Position numbers and translations under genes: made by a program
In this document: in pieces, positions 1-9,235 of the stretch
Numbering within the stretch: position 1 is the stretch's first letter
Layout: each line of letters opens with the position of its first letter
The notes under the pieces: generated by a model
What the model was told of the DNA's origin: nothing
Databases searched by the model: none
Seen by the model: the letters and a program-made list of their open reading frames with translations, nothing else
From: a virus
Taxonomy: Duplodnaviria > Caudoviricetes
Length of the DNA stretch: 64,000 nucleotides
Reading direction: 5' to 3' (one strand)
Virus record (IMG/VR): IMGVR_UViG_3300021387_001614
Span: 1 to 64,000 of that record

Positions 1-793
1 TGAGTTCTATTTTAGCCTTTTCGACTGCCTCAAGTACTCGTGTCATTGCCTGTGCATCACCGGCAACATTAGTTCCATTTTCTTTATCAAACTCACCAAC
101 GATATAATCCGCCAATAATTTATCAATGTCAGAACCACCAAGATAAACATCGCCATTTGTAGATAGAATTTCAACGACACCATCAGAAATATCAGCGATA
201 GAATTATCTTCTGTTGAGCCACCAAAGTCTACCACCATGTATTTTCCACCTTTTTGCATATCTATATTAGAAGAAAGAATGGCGGCTGTTGGCTCTGCAA
301 TTACACGAAGAACATTAAGTCCCGCAATTTCACCGGCCGTTTTTGTTGCTTGTCGTGCGGCATCATTGAAAAATGCAGGAACAGTTATCACAGCATCTTT
401 AACCTCAGTTCCAAGATAATCTTCTGCTATTTTTTTCATTTTTGCAACGATATAGGAAGAAATCTCTTCAGGACTAAACTTTCTACCGTCAACGCTCACG
501 TTTGCCTTACCATTCTCATTAACAACGTCATACTGAACATGCTTTATTGCTTCCGCACTTTCATCATATGACCTACCCATAAATCTTTTAATGAGGTAAA
601 TAGTATTTTTAGGGTTTACAATCTGCTGACGTTTTGCCATCGCCCCAACTTTTCTTTCACCATTCATAAAAGAAACTACTGATGGGGTTGTATAACTACC
701 ATCTTCATTTACAACCACAACCGGTTTACCGTTTTCTATGACCGCGCATTCTGATAATGTGCTACCAAGGTCGATACCTATTACTTTTCCCAT
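1..793 (-). CDS. dnaK: Hsp70 chaperone DnaK, N-terminal part; runs off the left edge and is not in the ORF track
   Basis: Manual translation from ATG at 793: MGKVIGIDLGSTLSECAV...TTPSVVSF...AVITVPAFFNDAARQATKTAGEIAGLNVLRVIAEPTAA...VVDFGGST...YLGGSDID, all Hsp70 signature motifs. Confidence 0.95.
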   Translation of the reverse strand, partial: MGKVIGIDLGSTLSECAVIENGKPVVVVNEDGSYTTPSVVSFMNGERKVGAMAKRQQIVNPKNTIYLIKRFMGRSYDESAEAIKHVQYDVVNENGKANVSVDGRKFSPEEISSYIVAKMKKIAEDYLGTEVKDAVITVPAFFNDAARQATKTAGEIAGLNVLRVIAEPTAAILSSNIDMQKGGKYMVVDFGGSTEDNSIADISDGVVEILSTNGDVYLGGSDIDKLLADYIVGEFDKENGTNVAGDAQAMTRVLEAVEKAKIEL

Positions 794-1132
794 TTATATT
801 TCCTCTTCTTTTTTTGCAAGTTTTTTTCTAAGTTCCTTATTCTCTTTCTTAAGTTTCTTGAAAACTTTTTTATAGGACTCGATTGTTTTTCTCAAGTCAT
901 CAACCGTTTCATCAACGTCTTTATTTTCCTCCTTTTTGTTTGTAAGGCATTTAGTAGTAGCAACATCTTTCAATACCTTTCCATCTTTTACTTCTTTTTC
1001 CTTGTGTGAAACGTGTTCACCATTTTCATACTCATCTGCTACCTCATGAAAATATGAGTGCTCTAAATCTGACGACTCCTTAAACAAATCATCAAAGTGT
1101 CTAAAACTATCAATAAAAAATCTATCAAACAT
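794..1132 (-). CDS. hypothetical protein with C-terminal coiled coil
   Basis: 112-aa ORF abutting dnaK, K/E-rich C-terminus. Confidence 0.7.
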   Translation of the reverse strand: MFDRFFIDSFRHFDDLFKESSDLEHSYFHEVADEYENGEHVSHKEKEVKDGKVLKDVATTKCLTNKKEENKDVDETVDDLRKTIESYKKVFKKLKKENKELRKKLAKKEEEI

Positions 1133-1208
1133 AATGTATATATTTTTTAAAAATTATTTTCTATATATAACACAGCAAAAAGCGTGCCAAACTCAAAAAA
1201 TCCACCCC

Positions 1209-1616
1209 TTATTTAGAGATGAATTTTTCAATATTGTCCTTAATGTAAGATAATTTACCAAAAAGAATAACTTGTATTAAGTCCTTTGTGAGCATCGTTA
1301 CGTTATTTGTTGTTAGTGTGCCGGCATCTTCACCATTTTCAATTCGTCTCTTTGCGAGTTTGATGCCATACTCTTCATTAAACTCATCTGACGGATGACA
1401 AATTGAAACACCCACTATTAATTTTCGTTCAATACCCTTCTTATTAAAAATTGTTTTACCACGCATTTCCTTACCATTATCAAGGAAAACCGATGTTGGT
1501 GTTTCTACTCGTTCCTTAATTCTCTTCTGCACAAATTTTCCCACTACCGTGATGATGTGGCGGTTACCGTCTGAATCAATTGCCTGTGCGTGCATACTGT
1601 AAAATTTTGTCTTCAT
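1209..1616 (-). CDS. hypothetical phage protein
   Basis: 135-aa ORF with GVSICHPSDEFNEEYGIKLAKRR, a motif type common in phage proteins. Confidence 0.7.
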   Translation of the reverse strand: MKTKFYSMHAQAIDSDGNRHIITVVGKFVQKRIKERVETPTSVFLDNGKEMRGKTIFNKKGIERKLIVGVSICHPSDEFNEEYGIKLAKRRIENGEDAGTLTTNNVTMLTKDLIQVILFGKLSYIKDNIEKFISK

Positions 1617-1623
1617 AATATTC

Positions 1624-1854
1624 TTAAATTTTATTCTGAATTACTTTTCTTTTTGAAACATATTCCTCGTTTTGAATGAGTGTTTTCAAAACATCCATAT
1701 ATTGTGGCGAAACCATGCCACCATTAAAATACAAGGCGCCTCTTACCTCTCTTATTGTGCTTCCTTCGGGCAGTGTACCCAAATCACAAGTGTACGGCTT
1801 TTTTAAAACATATTCTATCATATTATTATCTATTTTTATTTCAAAAACAAACAA
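1624..1854 (-). CDS. hypothetical protein; start may be the downstream ATG of MIEYV
   Basis: ORF in the same-strand run. Confidence 0.6.
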   Translation of the reverse strand: MFVFEIKIDNNMIEYVLKKPYTCDLGTLPEGSTIREVRGALYFNGGMVSPQYMDVLKTLIQNEEYVSKRKVIQNKI

Positions 1855-1953
1855 ACGAAAGCAAATGCTAAAACTATAATATAAACTATTCCCATTAAGA
1901 AAGTAATAATATTACTAATTATGGGGTTTGGCTTTTTCTCTTTATTTTCCATG

Positions 1954-2478
1954 TTAATAACTATTTTTAAGACATTCTGCTTTTTCTTTTAATACTTCAT
2001 CCTCCATTTCTGTTATTTCTTTACAAATAACCTCAAGACGCGGTGACAAAAATTCATCAACTTTTTTCCAATCAATATATGGTCTCATACCTTCTTTATA
2101 AATTAGCGGCGCATTAACGCTTTTATCGTCAATGTCAAAAAGAGAAAATATTTTATTAGATACATCTTTTTCCCCTTCCTGCAAAGGATTCTTTCCTATG
2201 CCATATAAATTAATTCCGCCGTTTTTTACAAAATCAACTGCACGTTTAAGGTTGTTACCCGTTCTCATGGTATTAAGTATAAATCCGACATTGTACTTTT
2301 CCTGTAATTTTTTCATAACATCAAAGCACCCATCATTTTCATACATTTTACCACTTACCCAATCCGAATGTGATGTTATTGTAAAATCAAAATCTACAGA
2401 AATGGGAATAACATACTTGCCGTTTGGCGACTTGTTTGAGTACCAAATGATTTCTTTCGCATAACCTTTCATTGCCAT
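1954..2478 (-). CDS. HAD-superfamily hydrolase (BT0820-like)
   Basis: Motif I ISVDFDFTI (DxDxT), LNTMR, and DIDDKS (motif IV). Start placed at MAMKG to avoid overlap. Confidence 0.7.
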   Translation of the reverse strand: MAMKGYAKEIIWYSNKSPNGKYVIPISVDFDFTITSHSDWVSGKMYENDGCFDVMKKLQEKYNVGFILNTMRTGNNLKRAVDFVKNGGINLYGIGKNPLQEGEKDVSNKIFSLFDIDDKSVNAPLIYKEGMRPYIDWKKVDEFLSPRLEVICKEITEMEDEVLKEKAECLKNSY

Positions 2479-2479
2479 A

Positions 2480-2986
2480 TTAAAGCCCATTTTCAAAAAA
2501 ATTATTGTTTTTTTCGCGGAACGCCTTAGTAAGTTTTCTGTTAACACAATGATTCATTGTGTCAAATTTATAATTAACATCAGTATGTAAGTCTCTGTAG
2601 TAAGTGTATATAAAATTAGCAATTGCCACCGAACGGGAATGTCCCGCACGACAATGAATAAGAAACTTCTTTTCTTTGTTCTTTTCCACGAAATCAACAA
2701 TGGCACTTGCCTGTTCGTCCGTTATTGCCTTAATTTTATACCCCTCAAATTCAAAATCCTCATCAACATCGTCAAATGCAAGGTTTAAAACATTATCATG
2801 CTGTTTTTTAAAATAATGCGTTGTGTCTTCCTCGTTTAGATATTTTAAACAATCCTGTGTTCCAATAACGCTAATAAATGCATAATCTGATGGAACGTTA
2901 TCATCGTTCCAATTGTTTATTTTACACACCTCTTCAAACTTACGCTGTGGCAGCGCCTGAATTGATTCAAAATGTAACAGTTCCAT
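2480..2986 (-). CDS. protein tyrosine / dual-specificity phosphatase-like protein
   Basis: CX5R active site IHCRAGHSRS with upstream LAFDD. Confidence 0.85.
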   Translation of the reverse strand: MELLHFESIQALPQRKFEEVCKINNWNDDNVPSDYAFISVIGTQDCLKYLNEEDTTHYFKKQHDNVLNLAFDDVDEDFEFEGYKIKAITDEQASAIVDFVEKNKEKKFLIHCRAGHSRSVAIANFIYTYYRDLHTDVNYKFDTMNHCVNRKLTKAFREKNNNFFENGL

Positions 2987-3338
2987 TATCCTTTTCTTCA
3001 AAAAATGTTTGTATTGTATCAATTAAATAAACAACAGCACCCGTTATTACCATATCGAAAATCATTATTGTAAACCAACCAACACCGTATGTTGCCCATA
3101 ATATGTTAAATGGTGTTATACTGACTGACGTAAGCACAAATGTGTCGATTAAAGAAATTATCCAACCTATGTTTGTTGGTGTGCAAAAGCAACATGAAAG
3201 AAGTTCTTGAAATTGTGGGTGTATGTTTCCAAGCCTTTCTCGCAATTTTAAAAATATGTGAAAGGGACCGTTAGAATACACCAACATAAACGTTATTCCG
3301 TAAACAGCAAGAAAATAAAGTATAATATTAATCGTCAT
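2967..3338 (-). CDS. membrane protein, DUF1360-like
   Basis: Three hydrophobic segments and ELLSCCFC motif. Confidence 0.55.
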   Translation of the reverse strand: MTINIILYFLAVYGITFMLVYSNGPFHIFLKLRERLGNIHPQFQELLSCCFCTPTNIGWIISLIDTFVLTSVSITPFNILWATYGVGWFTIMIFDMVITGAVVYLIDTIQTFFEEKDNGTVTF

Positions 3339-3795
3339 TTTTCTTTTCCTCCGTTATTTCTACATTTTCTGCTTCCGCTTTTTTTTCTTCTTTCTTTTTA
3401 ACCGTTGACTTTTTTACAGCCCTTTTCTTTGTTTCTTTCTTTTTTGGTTTTTCTATTACAAACTTAAGATTTTCAAGGTCACTTATTGGTAAGTCATTAA
3501 ACAATTGTTTAAGTTCCTCTACTCTTTCTTTTAACATTTGTATTTTTAAGGCGACACTTTTATTTGTCTCAATTGTATTATTAATTAAGGCAAATATGTC
3601 TTCAAGTTTAACCCCATCATTAATATTACCAAAATAAAATATTGACCCGTCCTTTTCTGTAACCCTTACTTTTCCATCATCTGATGGGTAAGTTATCCAT
3701 TTTTGCGGGAATGTGACTTTTACAATTAAGCCGTCGCCGTAATGTTCTATCGAATTAAAATATTCGCCAATTTTAAGTATTTCGTCTTGTAACAT
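3328..3795 (-). CDS. hypothetical protein, coiled coil with K-rich tail
   Basis: 155-aa ORF, tightly packed. Confidence 0.7.
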   Translation of the reverse strand: MLQDEILKIGEYFNSIEHYGDGLIVKVTFPQKWITYPSDDGKVRVTEKDGSIFYFGNINDGVKLEDIFALINNTIETNKSVALKIQMLKERVEELKQLFNDLPISDLENLKFVIEKPKKKETKKRAVKKSTVKKKEEKKAEAENVEITEEKKNDD

Positions 3796-3798
3796 ATA

Positions 3799-3993
3799 TT
3801 ATATTCCTAAAATTAAAACTGTTATTATATAAGATAACGCCAAGCCTATGGCAATTAACGTATCCCTTGATGTATCTATCTTCCCCTCCTTTAACCTTAA
3901 CACTCTCACAACGTTTAAAATGCGTGATATAATGTAAAGTATCGCAAAGACGAATACAAAAATTTTTAAACCAAATAAAAATGATGTTAACAT
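3799..3993 (-). CDS. small two-TM membrane protein
   Basis: Two hydrophobic helices, tightly packed. Confidence 0.65.
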   Translation of the reverse strand: MLTSFLFGLKIFVFVFAILYIISRILNVVRVLRLKEGKIDTSRDTLIAIGLALSYIITVLILGI

Positions 3994-3996
3994 ATA

Positions 3997-4386
3997 TTAA
4001 TACTCTTTTTTATTGGGAATTACTCCCCTTATTCCTCCTCGTGGGTTTTCTACGTCCCCTTTATATCTCGGTATTATGTGCATGTGGCAATGATTTATCG
4101 TTTGCCCACCACTTTCGCCACAATTAAAACCTATATTATATCCATCAGGTGAAAACTTTTTCTCTATTTCTTCCTTTGCCTTCATCACTGCGTAATACAT
4201 CTTTTCCACCTCATAAGGTTTTAAATCAAAACACGTCTCGATGTGACGTTTTGGTATGACAAGCACATGTCCGGGATTTACGGGGTATTTATCATATACC
4301 GCAGCACACGCATCGTTTTCGTAAATAGTCTCAAACCATTTTAAATTACAAAAAATGCAATCTTTATTTTCTACATTACCAAGCAT
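3997..4386 (-). CDS. HIT-family nucleotide hydrolase
   Basis: CIFC, PVNPGHVLVIPKRH, GQTINHCHMHIIPR (histidine triad). Confidence 0.92.
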   Translation of the reverse strand: MLGNVENKDCIFCNLKWFETIYENDACAAVYDKYPVNPGHVLVIPKRHIETCFDLKPYEVEKMYYAVMKAKEEIEKKFSPDGYNIGFNCGESGGQTINHCHMHIIPRYKGDVENPRGGIRGVIPNKKEY

Positions 4387-5227
4387 TTTTAAACCAAGAT
4401 TTATCGTATATTATTTCTATCGGTATCAACTCGTAAGTTCCATCGTTTTTAAGCCATATTACCCTACAGCCTTTAACTTTTAGTCCTATTCCCTTTAAAC
4501 ATAAAGAATATAAGTTTAATTGCAACTTATAATACGATAAAGGTTCTTCGTACAAATCATTAAACGGTGGCAACAATAATCTATTATGTTCGTGGCTAAA
4601 TGGCTTTATAAGGTCTTTATTAGTTTTGTAATCCATAAGCACCAAGCCACTATTATTGTCATCAACAGGGTCTTTATAATACATTAAAAGGTCAAACGTT
4701 CCACAGAAAGGCGTCGATACTGTTGATTCTTCGCTTTTATTAGAATAAACTTTCGCCTCTGCAAGTACAAAATGCAACGATGGATGCAGTTCATCATAAA
4801 ACTTAAGAATTGCCTCTTCCTTTGGTCTTGTAGGTATAAGCCACCCCTTATCCTCTACATATTTATACTTACAACTTTCTGTTATGAGTTCAGGATGTCC
4901 ATTTCTCAACCAACCAAGAGATTCTCCATACTCATGCACCAAACTTCCACTTGTTGTAGCCATGAGGTTAGTGAATTTCCATTTATCTTTCCAATATTCA
5001 GCAGTTTCGCCATGTTCTGCTGCATACACCTCCGCCCTTACATCGGTATCAAACGGATAATGACAGAACTTATGGGTGATTGTTGTAACTGATGGCAACG
5101 TCTCCCCGTTTAGAAAATATTTATGACCGTCTTCTACGAAAACAAGGTCTTTAAATTCTTCTAATATCTTATGTCTTATCTCTGTTACCTCTGTAGGTTC
5201 GTTTTTTATTTTTAGATTTAAGTCCAC
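4376..5227 (-). CDS. PD-(D/E)XK exonuclease
   Basis: LPSVTT, GSLVH, LAEAKV, GTFDLL, LMDYKT, QLNLY. GTG start at 5227 chosen because the promoter lies at 5243-5250. Confidence 0.85.
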   Translation of the reverse strand: MDLNLKIKNEPTEVTEIRHKILEEFKDLVFVEDGHKYFLNGETLPSVTTITHKFCHYPFDTDVRAEVYAAEHGETAEYWKDKWKFTNLMATTSGSLVHEYGESLGWLRNGHPELITESCKYKYVEDKGWLIPTRPKEEAILKFYDELHPSLHFVLAEAKVYSNKSEESTVSTPFCGTFDLLMYYKDPVDDNNSGLVLMDYKTNKDLIKPFSHEHNRLLLPPFNDLYEEPLSYYKLQLNLYSLCLKGIGLKVKGCRVIWLKNDGTYELIPIEIIYDKSWFKNAW

Positions 5228-5242
5228 TTTTAACAGTTTTTG

Positions 5243-5250
5243 CAAATATA
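5243..5250 (-). promoter_or_regulatory. Bacteroidota sigma-A -7 promoter element TATATTTG
   Basis: Identical TATATTTG also at 16545-16552(-), 18384-18391(+), 48743-48750(-) and 53646-53653(-), each just upstream of a gene. Matches the TAnnTTTG consensus, with an upstream TTTG in at least two copies. Confidence 0.8.
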
Positions 5251-5273
5251 CAAAAAATTTTTTAAAAAACAAA

Positions 5274-5302
5274 AAAATGTAACCATTTTCTGATTACATT
5301 TT
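5274..5302 (-). terminator. intrinsic terminator after the methylase gene
   Basis: AAAATGTAACC-attttct-GATTACATTTT hairpin followed by a T-run on the minus strand. Confidence 0.75.
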
Positions 5303-5305
5303 TCT

Positions 5306-6040
5306 CTATACCTTAAACAATTTCTCAATGGGCTTCTTAGTTACTTGCTGATTCAGCGCATTTGTCAGTTCTTTTTCCCAAATACACTCGAAATCGTCAG
5401 GACATTCATATTCCGAAATAAACACGGTGTGCCCTTTTTCTTTCATATTTCTACACCAAGTATAAAACGCTTCGTAATCGAAACCCTTAGAAAAATCATA
5501 TGGTGTTGTGTTTTTATATGGAATGTCGCAATATATTAACGAATTTTCAGGGAGTGGAATGTTAAAATAATCTGTTGCATACCAAGTAATACCTTGTAGA
5601 TTATGTTCTGAAATCTGCCTATTTATATTTCTTATGTTTTCATCAATATAATTTCTCGCCCTTCCATTCTTTCCCATTACATGATGACCACTATAGCCAC
5701 CCGAAAAGAATTTTCCATTAAAGGATGCCATATAGCCAACCCACCCCTTTAAATCATCAGAATATTTATCTGTTTCATTTCTAAAGGATTCTTTTACGTC
5801 TGTATAAAATTCTTTGGTGATTGTTGTTGGAAAGTCGTTTTTGCCGGATGTTAATGACTGCCACATGGCTATAAGATATTTGTTCTTATCGTTTGCAATT
5901 CTATTATAGTCTATTGGAACGTCCTCAATAACTGAACAACTGCCACAAAACGCATCAACAAATGTATCTCCACTATAATTTTCCAACATTATCGGTAATA
6001 TCTCACCAACAATGCGCCTTTTATTTCCTTGATATTTCAT
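5306..6040 (-). CDS. DNA adenine methyltransferase (D12/Dam-like class)
   Basis: KYQGNK, FVDAFCGSCSV (SAM motif I), ANDKN, YCDIPY (DPPY variant), VFISEY. Confidence 0.88.
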   Translation of the reverse strand: MKYQGNKRRIVGEILPIMLENYSGDTFVDAFCGSCSVIEDVPIDYNRIANDKNKYLIAMWQSLTSGKNDFPTTITKEFYTDVKESFRNETDKYSDDLKGWVGYMASFNGKFFSGGYSGHHVMGKNGRARNYIDENIRNINRQISEHNLQGITWYATDYFNIPLPENSLIYCDIPYKNTTPYDFSKGFDYEAFYTWCRNMKEKGHTVFISEYECPDDFECIWEKELTNALNQQVTKKPIEKLFKV

Positions 6041-6076
6041 GCAAATTCTTTTTTTTAAAAGATAATAAAAAGAAGC

Positions 6077-6104
6077 AAAAATGCAACCATTTCTGGTTGC
6101 ATTT
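6077..6104 (-). terminator. intrinsic terminator with GAAA tetraloop
   Basis: Minus strand reads AAATGCAACCA-GAAA-TGGTTGCATTT-TT. Confidence 0.8.
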
Positions 6105-6124
6105 ATTATAAAATATTTAAATTA

Positions 6125-7771
6125 TTAAGTCCCTGAAGTCCCCGATGTTGTGTTTCTAAATTCAACTATAAAACTGTTATTACCGAGTTTAATAATTTCA
6201 ATAATTGATGTCTTAAAATTCATCGCCCTTGATGCTTTACCCACTAAAAATGTCTCAACATTACCATTATAATGTCCATAAATTGTTATGCCATCATAAT
6301 TAGTATCTATGGCTCTAATTTGTTGTGGGTTGGTAAAATATAAAGTAATTTTCTGTCCATCAACCATTGTGTTTGTTGATGATATGTAAACCACACCGTC
6401 ACCCGTGGCGGCACTATTGTCAATAAAAATCATTTTTGTACCATCACTAACACCTAAACCACTTGTAATACCGCTTAATGAAGAAGCACCCGTTGTTGAT
6501 GATATGGTTTTTGTTTCATAATGCTTGTCATTACCCCTCACCTTTTCAATTATATCGAACATTGTTATGTATTCTGCAACTCCCGGTGTTGTTTGATATT
6601 GTGTAGCACCTGTTGCAGCATAACTTTGGTCACCCATATCTGCTGATGCATCAGCATAACGGAAATACGTTTTTCTACTATTTAACAGTGTTTGTCCCTG
6701 TCTTGTCACTTCAAAAGCATTTATGGGTTGTGAAACAGTGCCGTATCCAATCGAGAAGAGTGTTGTTGTGCCAGTAAAAGCTGAAACTGTTGTCGTGGCT
6801 GTAGTTGTTCCTTGCAAATCAGCCCAATCAGCAGCGGCTGTCCCGCTATGTGATTTATTATAGAAACCAGAAGCGTGCTCCGCTTTTTGTGTAGCCACAG
6901 TGCCAGAACCTTCCGCGTGAGAAGCTTCTGCATTTGCTTTTGTTGAATAACCTTCTGCGTGAGAAAATTTTCCAGTGGCATATGTCATATTTCCTTCCGC
7001 GTGAGCACAGTCTCCGCTTACCACAGTACTCTGTCCTTCCGCGTGAGCATTATTTCCATAAGCCCTTGCATTCCACCCTTCTGCGTGCGAATAATTTCCG
7101 CCAGCCATAGATATATAACCTTCCGCGTGAGCAGCTGCTCCGCTTGCGATTGTTCCATTGCCTTCAGCGTGAGCCGCTTCTGCCGATGCACTTGTTCCGC
7201 TACCCTCTGCGTGCGCTTCAAATGTGGTTGCACTTGTTGCTCTACCTTCTGCGTGAGAATATGCGCCAGTGGCTTCGGTTTCATATCCTTCTGCGTGAGC
7301 CGCATTGCTATTTGCGTGAGTATCAAGTCCTTCAGCGTGCGTTGCAATGCCTTGGGCATAGGTGTTTTGTCCTTCAGCGTGAGAGTAATGTCCCCCACCT
7401 GTCGTGCTATCTCCTTCTGCGTGAGCACAGTTTCCGCTTGCAGTTGTTCCACTTCCTTCCGCGTGAGAGTAGGCACCACTTGCTGTTGTTCCGTCACCCA
7501 TTGCAAATGATTTGTCGCCACCTGCGGTACAACTTGTACCTTTTTGCTGAATGGAATTTGCACCTGAGCCTTTTTCAAATAACGCAAGGTTATCCGAACT
7601 GAATTTAATAACGTCGCCATTTTCGTTTCTCGTTACAAGAAACTCTTGGCCTTGGTATAAATTAACAGCAAGTTCCCCTGCTTTTATACCGTTATCGTTT
7701 TCTGCTGAATACGCACTTGGTACTGCACCTGATGTGGTGTTGTACGGTAATTTTGTATGTTGATTTGCCAT
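6125..7771 (-). CDS. tail fibre / adhesin with YadA-head-like HAEG repeats
   Basis: N-terminal GELAVN fibre motif and 14 tandem 14-aa x-H-A-E-G repeats (beta-roll type). Confidence 0.8.
   Translation of the reverse strand: MANQHTKLPYNTTSGAVPSAYSAENDNGIKAGELAVNLYQGQEFLVTRNENGDVIKFSSDNLALFEKGSGANSIQQKGTSCTAGGDKSFAMGDGTTASGAYSHAEGSGTTASGNCAHAEGDSTTGGGHYSHAEGQNTYAQGIATHAEGLDTHANSNAAHAEGYETEATGAYSHAEGRATSATTFEAHAEGSGTSASAEAAHAEGNGTIASGAAAHAEGYISMAGGNYSHAEGWNARAYGNNAHAEGQSTVVSGDCAHAEGNMTYATGKFSHAEGYSTKANAEASHAEGSGTVATQKAEHASGFYNKSHSGTAAADWADLQGTTTATTTVSAFTGTTTLFSIGYGTVSQPINAFEVTRQGQTLLNSRKTYFRYADASADMGDQSYAATGATQYQTTPGVAEYITMFDIIEKVRGNDKHYETKTISSTTGASSLSGITSGLGVSDGTKMIFIDNSAATGDGVVYISSTNTMVDGQKITLYFTNPQQIRAIDTNYDGITIYGHYNGNVETFLVGKASRAMNFKTSIIEIIKLGNNSFIVEFRNTTSGTSGT
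6870..7510 (-). repeat. 42-bp coding tandem repeat (HAEG units)
   Basis: Recurrent CCTTC(C/T/A)GCGTGAG at 42-bp spacing. Confidence 0.85.
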
Positions 7772-7787
7772 TTTAAAAAAATATTTT

Positions 7788-8468
7788 TTATCTTATTGTT
7801 ACACCTACGCCAATCATTACACCCCATTGTTTGTTAATTGGGTCATATCCTGCTGTGACACTTGGTCCCACATGAAAATGTTGGAAAAAGGTTTTCTTTT
7901 GTTTCTTTTTAAATGTTGTAACGTCTGATATACTGCCATTATTCTGAGGGTCTATCGTAATAACATTTAAGCCATTATCATCTGACTTATTAACGATGGT
8001 AAATCTATCTGACATTTTAACATTAAGCGAATACCAATTCGGTTCTCTTGATGAATTAACTTGCAGTTTATACATCATGGTGTCATTTGGTACGCTCGAA
8101 TACGTATAGGTACTGTCTTTTTCTTCTATTGTTGGTATAATCGTTTGCTCTGTGGATGCTTGGTTTTTATCCTTAACATGAACCACACCCGTTGTATACT
8201 CCTTTTGATACTTAAATTGTAAAAGATACGAGACCTTATCCCTATTTACCTGTAAAGAATCATATAATTCTTTATTTTTCTTTTTAAGGTTAGAAATCTC
8301 TGTATCATAATATACTTTCGAATAGGTGTTGGTGCTGTCAATCGCTTCCACCCCGTCCACAAGTTCCTTTGTATGGTCAGATTTTTTACATACAAAGAAC
8401 ATCATTCCAATAATTAGCCCTAATATGATAACATTCAGTATTTTAAAGGCTTTCTCTTTACTTATCAT
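7788..8468 (-). CDS. membrane-anchored protein, possibly spanin-like
   Basis: N-terminal TM, coiled coil, C-terminal amphipathic beta strands (VGPSVTAGYDP...GVMIGVGVT). ATGA-coupled to the upstream TM protein. Confidence 0.45.
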   Translation of the reverse strand: MISKEKAFKILNVIILGLIIGMMFFVCKKSDHTKELVDGVEAIDSTNTYSKVYYDTEISNLKKKNKELYDSLQVNRDKVSYLLQFKYQKEYTTGVVHVKDKNQASTEQTIIPTIEEKDSTYTYSSVPNDTMMYKLQVNSSREPNWYSLNVKMSDRFTIVNKSDDNGLNVITIDPQNNGSISDVTTFKKKQKKTFFQHFHVGPSVTAGYDPINKQWGVMIGVGVTIR

Positions 8469-9214
8469 TCTTCGGTTTCGTTAGTAGTTTTTATTTCAAG
8501 GTCAACTTGTTTGTCCAAATCAAGCAGCGGTGAAATAATCTGTCCATATTCTATCAGTGCCTCTTGTATGTCCTTTTTATCGGGTACTTTTTCAGAATCA
8601 AATGCAACCCCTAAGAAGCCAATTTCCTTTCCGCCACTTTTAAGAAACACAAATCCACCGTATGCCCCGCCAAATTTAGTGAAATTTTCACCAAAGTTAT
8701 TATCTATTTCATTTATTTCTGCGGCATTTCCGATAAACATAAAATGTCGCTCAAGATAATACGGCAATTTAAATGTACTAATATTAACATTCTGAAAATT
8801 TTGCGCTATGCGCTCGGTGCCATTTCTTTTGTTAACCTCTTCGTATGTCATATCATAATAAAGAAACGGCAAATATGTAGCGTTTTCCTTACCATTGTGT
8901 AACTCTATAATAAATGTTCTATCAGCATCAATCTGAAATAACATTTTTTCAAGTTCATAATTAATCTGCGGGGTAACCCTTTGTCTCACTAAAAGTTTTT
9001 TGTGCTCGTACTTGTTGATTGTTGATACTCTTTGTGCCACTGCACGCATGATTTCATCGCTATTAACAACCTTATATCCCGTATACATCATGAAACAGAA
9101 CATAAGGACAAGCGCCGCCAACATATAATCAGCAAAACTATATTTCTTTACCACCCCTAAAAATTTTTCCATTGTCGAAACAATGATGCCCCCCTTTGAA
9201 GAATTTTCCATCAC
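8465..9214 (-). CDS. single-TM protein with GAF-like domain, possibly a T4 gpT-type holin
   Basis: One TM at about aa 30-48, then ADRTFIIELHNG...IGFLGVAF GAF-like pattern. Confidence 0.45.
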   Translation of the reverse strand: MMENSSKGGIIVSTMEKFLGVVKKYSFADYMLAALVLMFCFMMYTGYKVVNSDEIMRAVAQRVSTINKYEHKKLLVRQRVTPQINYELEKMLFQIDADRTFIIELHNGKENATYLPFLYYDMTYEEVNKRNGTERIAQNFQNVNISTFKLPYYLERHFMFIGNAAEINEIDNNFGENFTKFGGAYGGFVFLKSGGKEIGFLGVAFDSEKVPDKKDIQEALIEYGQIISPLLDLDKQVDLEIKTTNETEE

Positions 9215-9235
9215 TTCGTAATCTATTTTTATTAA

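Noticed and set aside
237-571. Plus-strand ORFs at the left edge
   Set aside because: They are antisense to dnaK, a well-known Hsp70 shadow.
4376-5227. Cas4 / CRISPR adaptation gene
   Set aside because: It has a PD-(D/E)XK core but no C-terminal Cys cluster for Fe-S binding and no array, so it is better called a generic phage exonuclease.
6721-7763. Several long overlapping alternative-frame ORFs over the fibre gene
   Set aside because: These are shadows of the GC-richer 42-bp repeat and have no independent coding signals.
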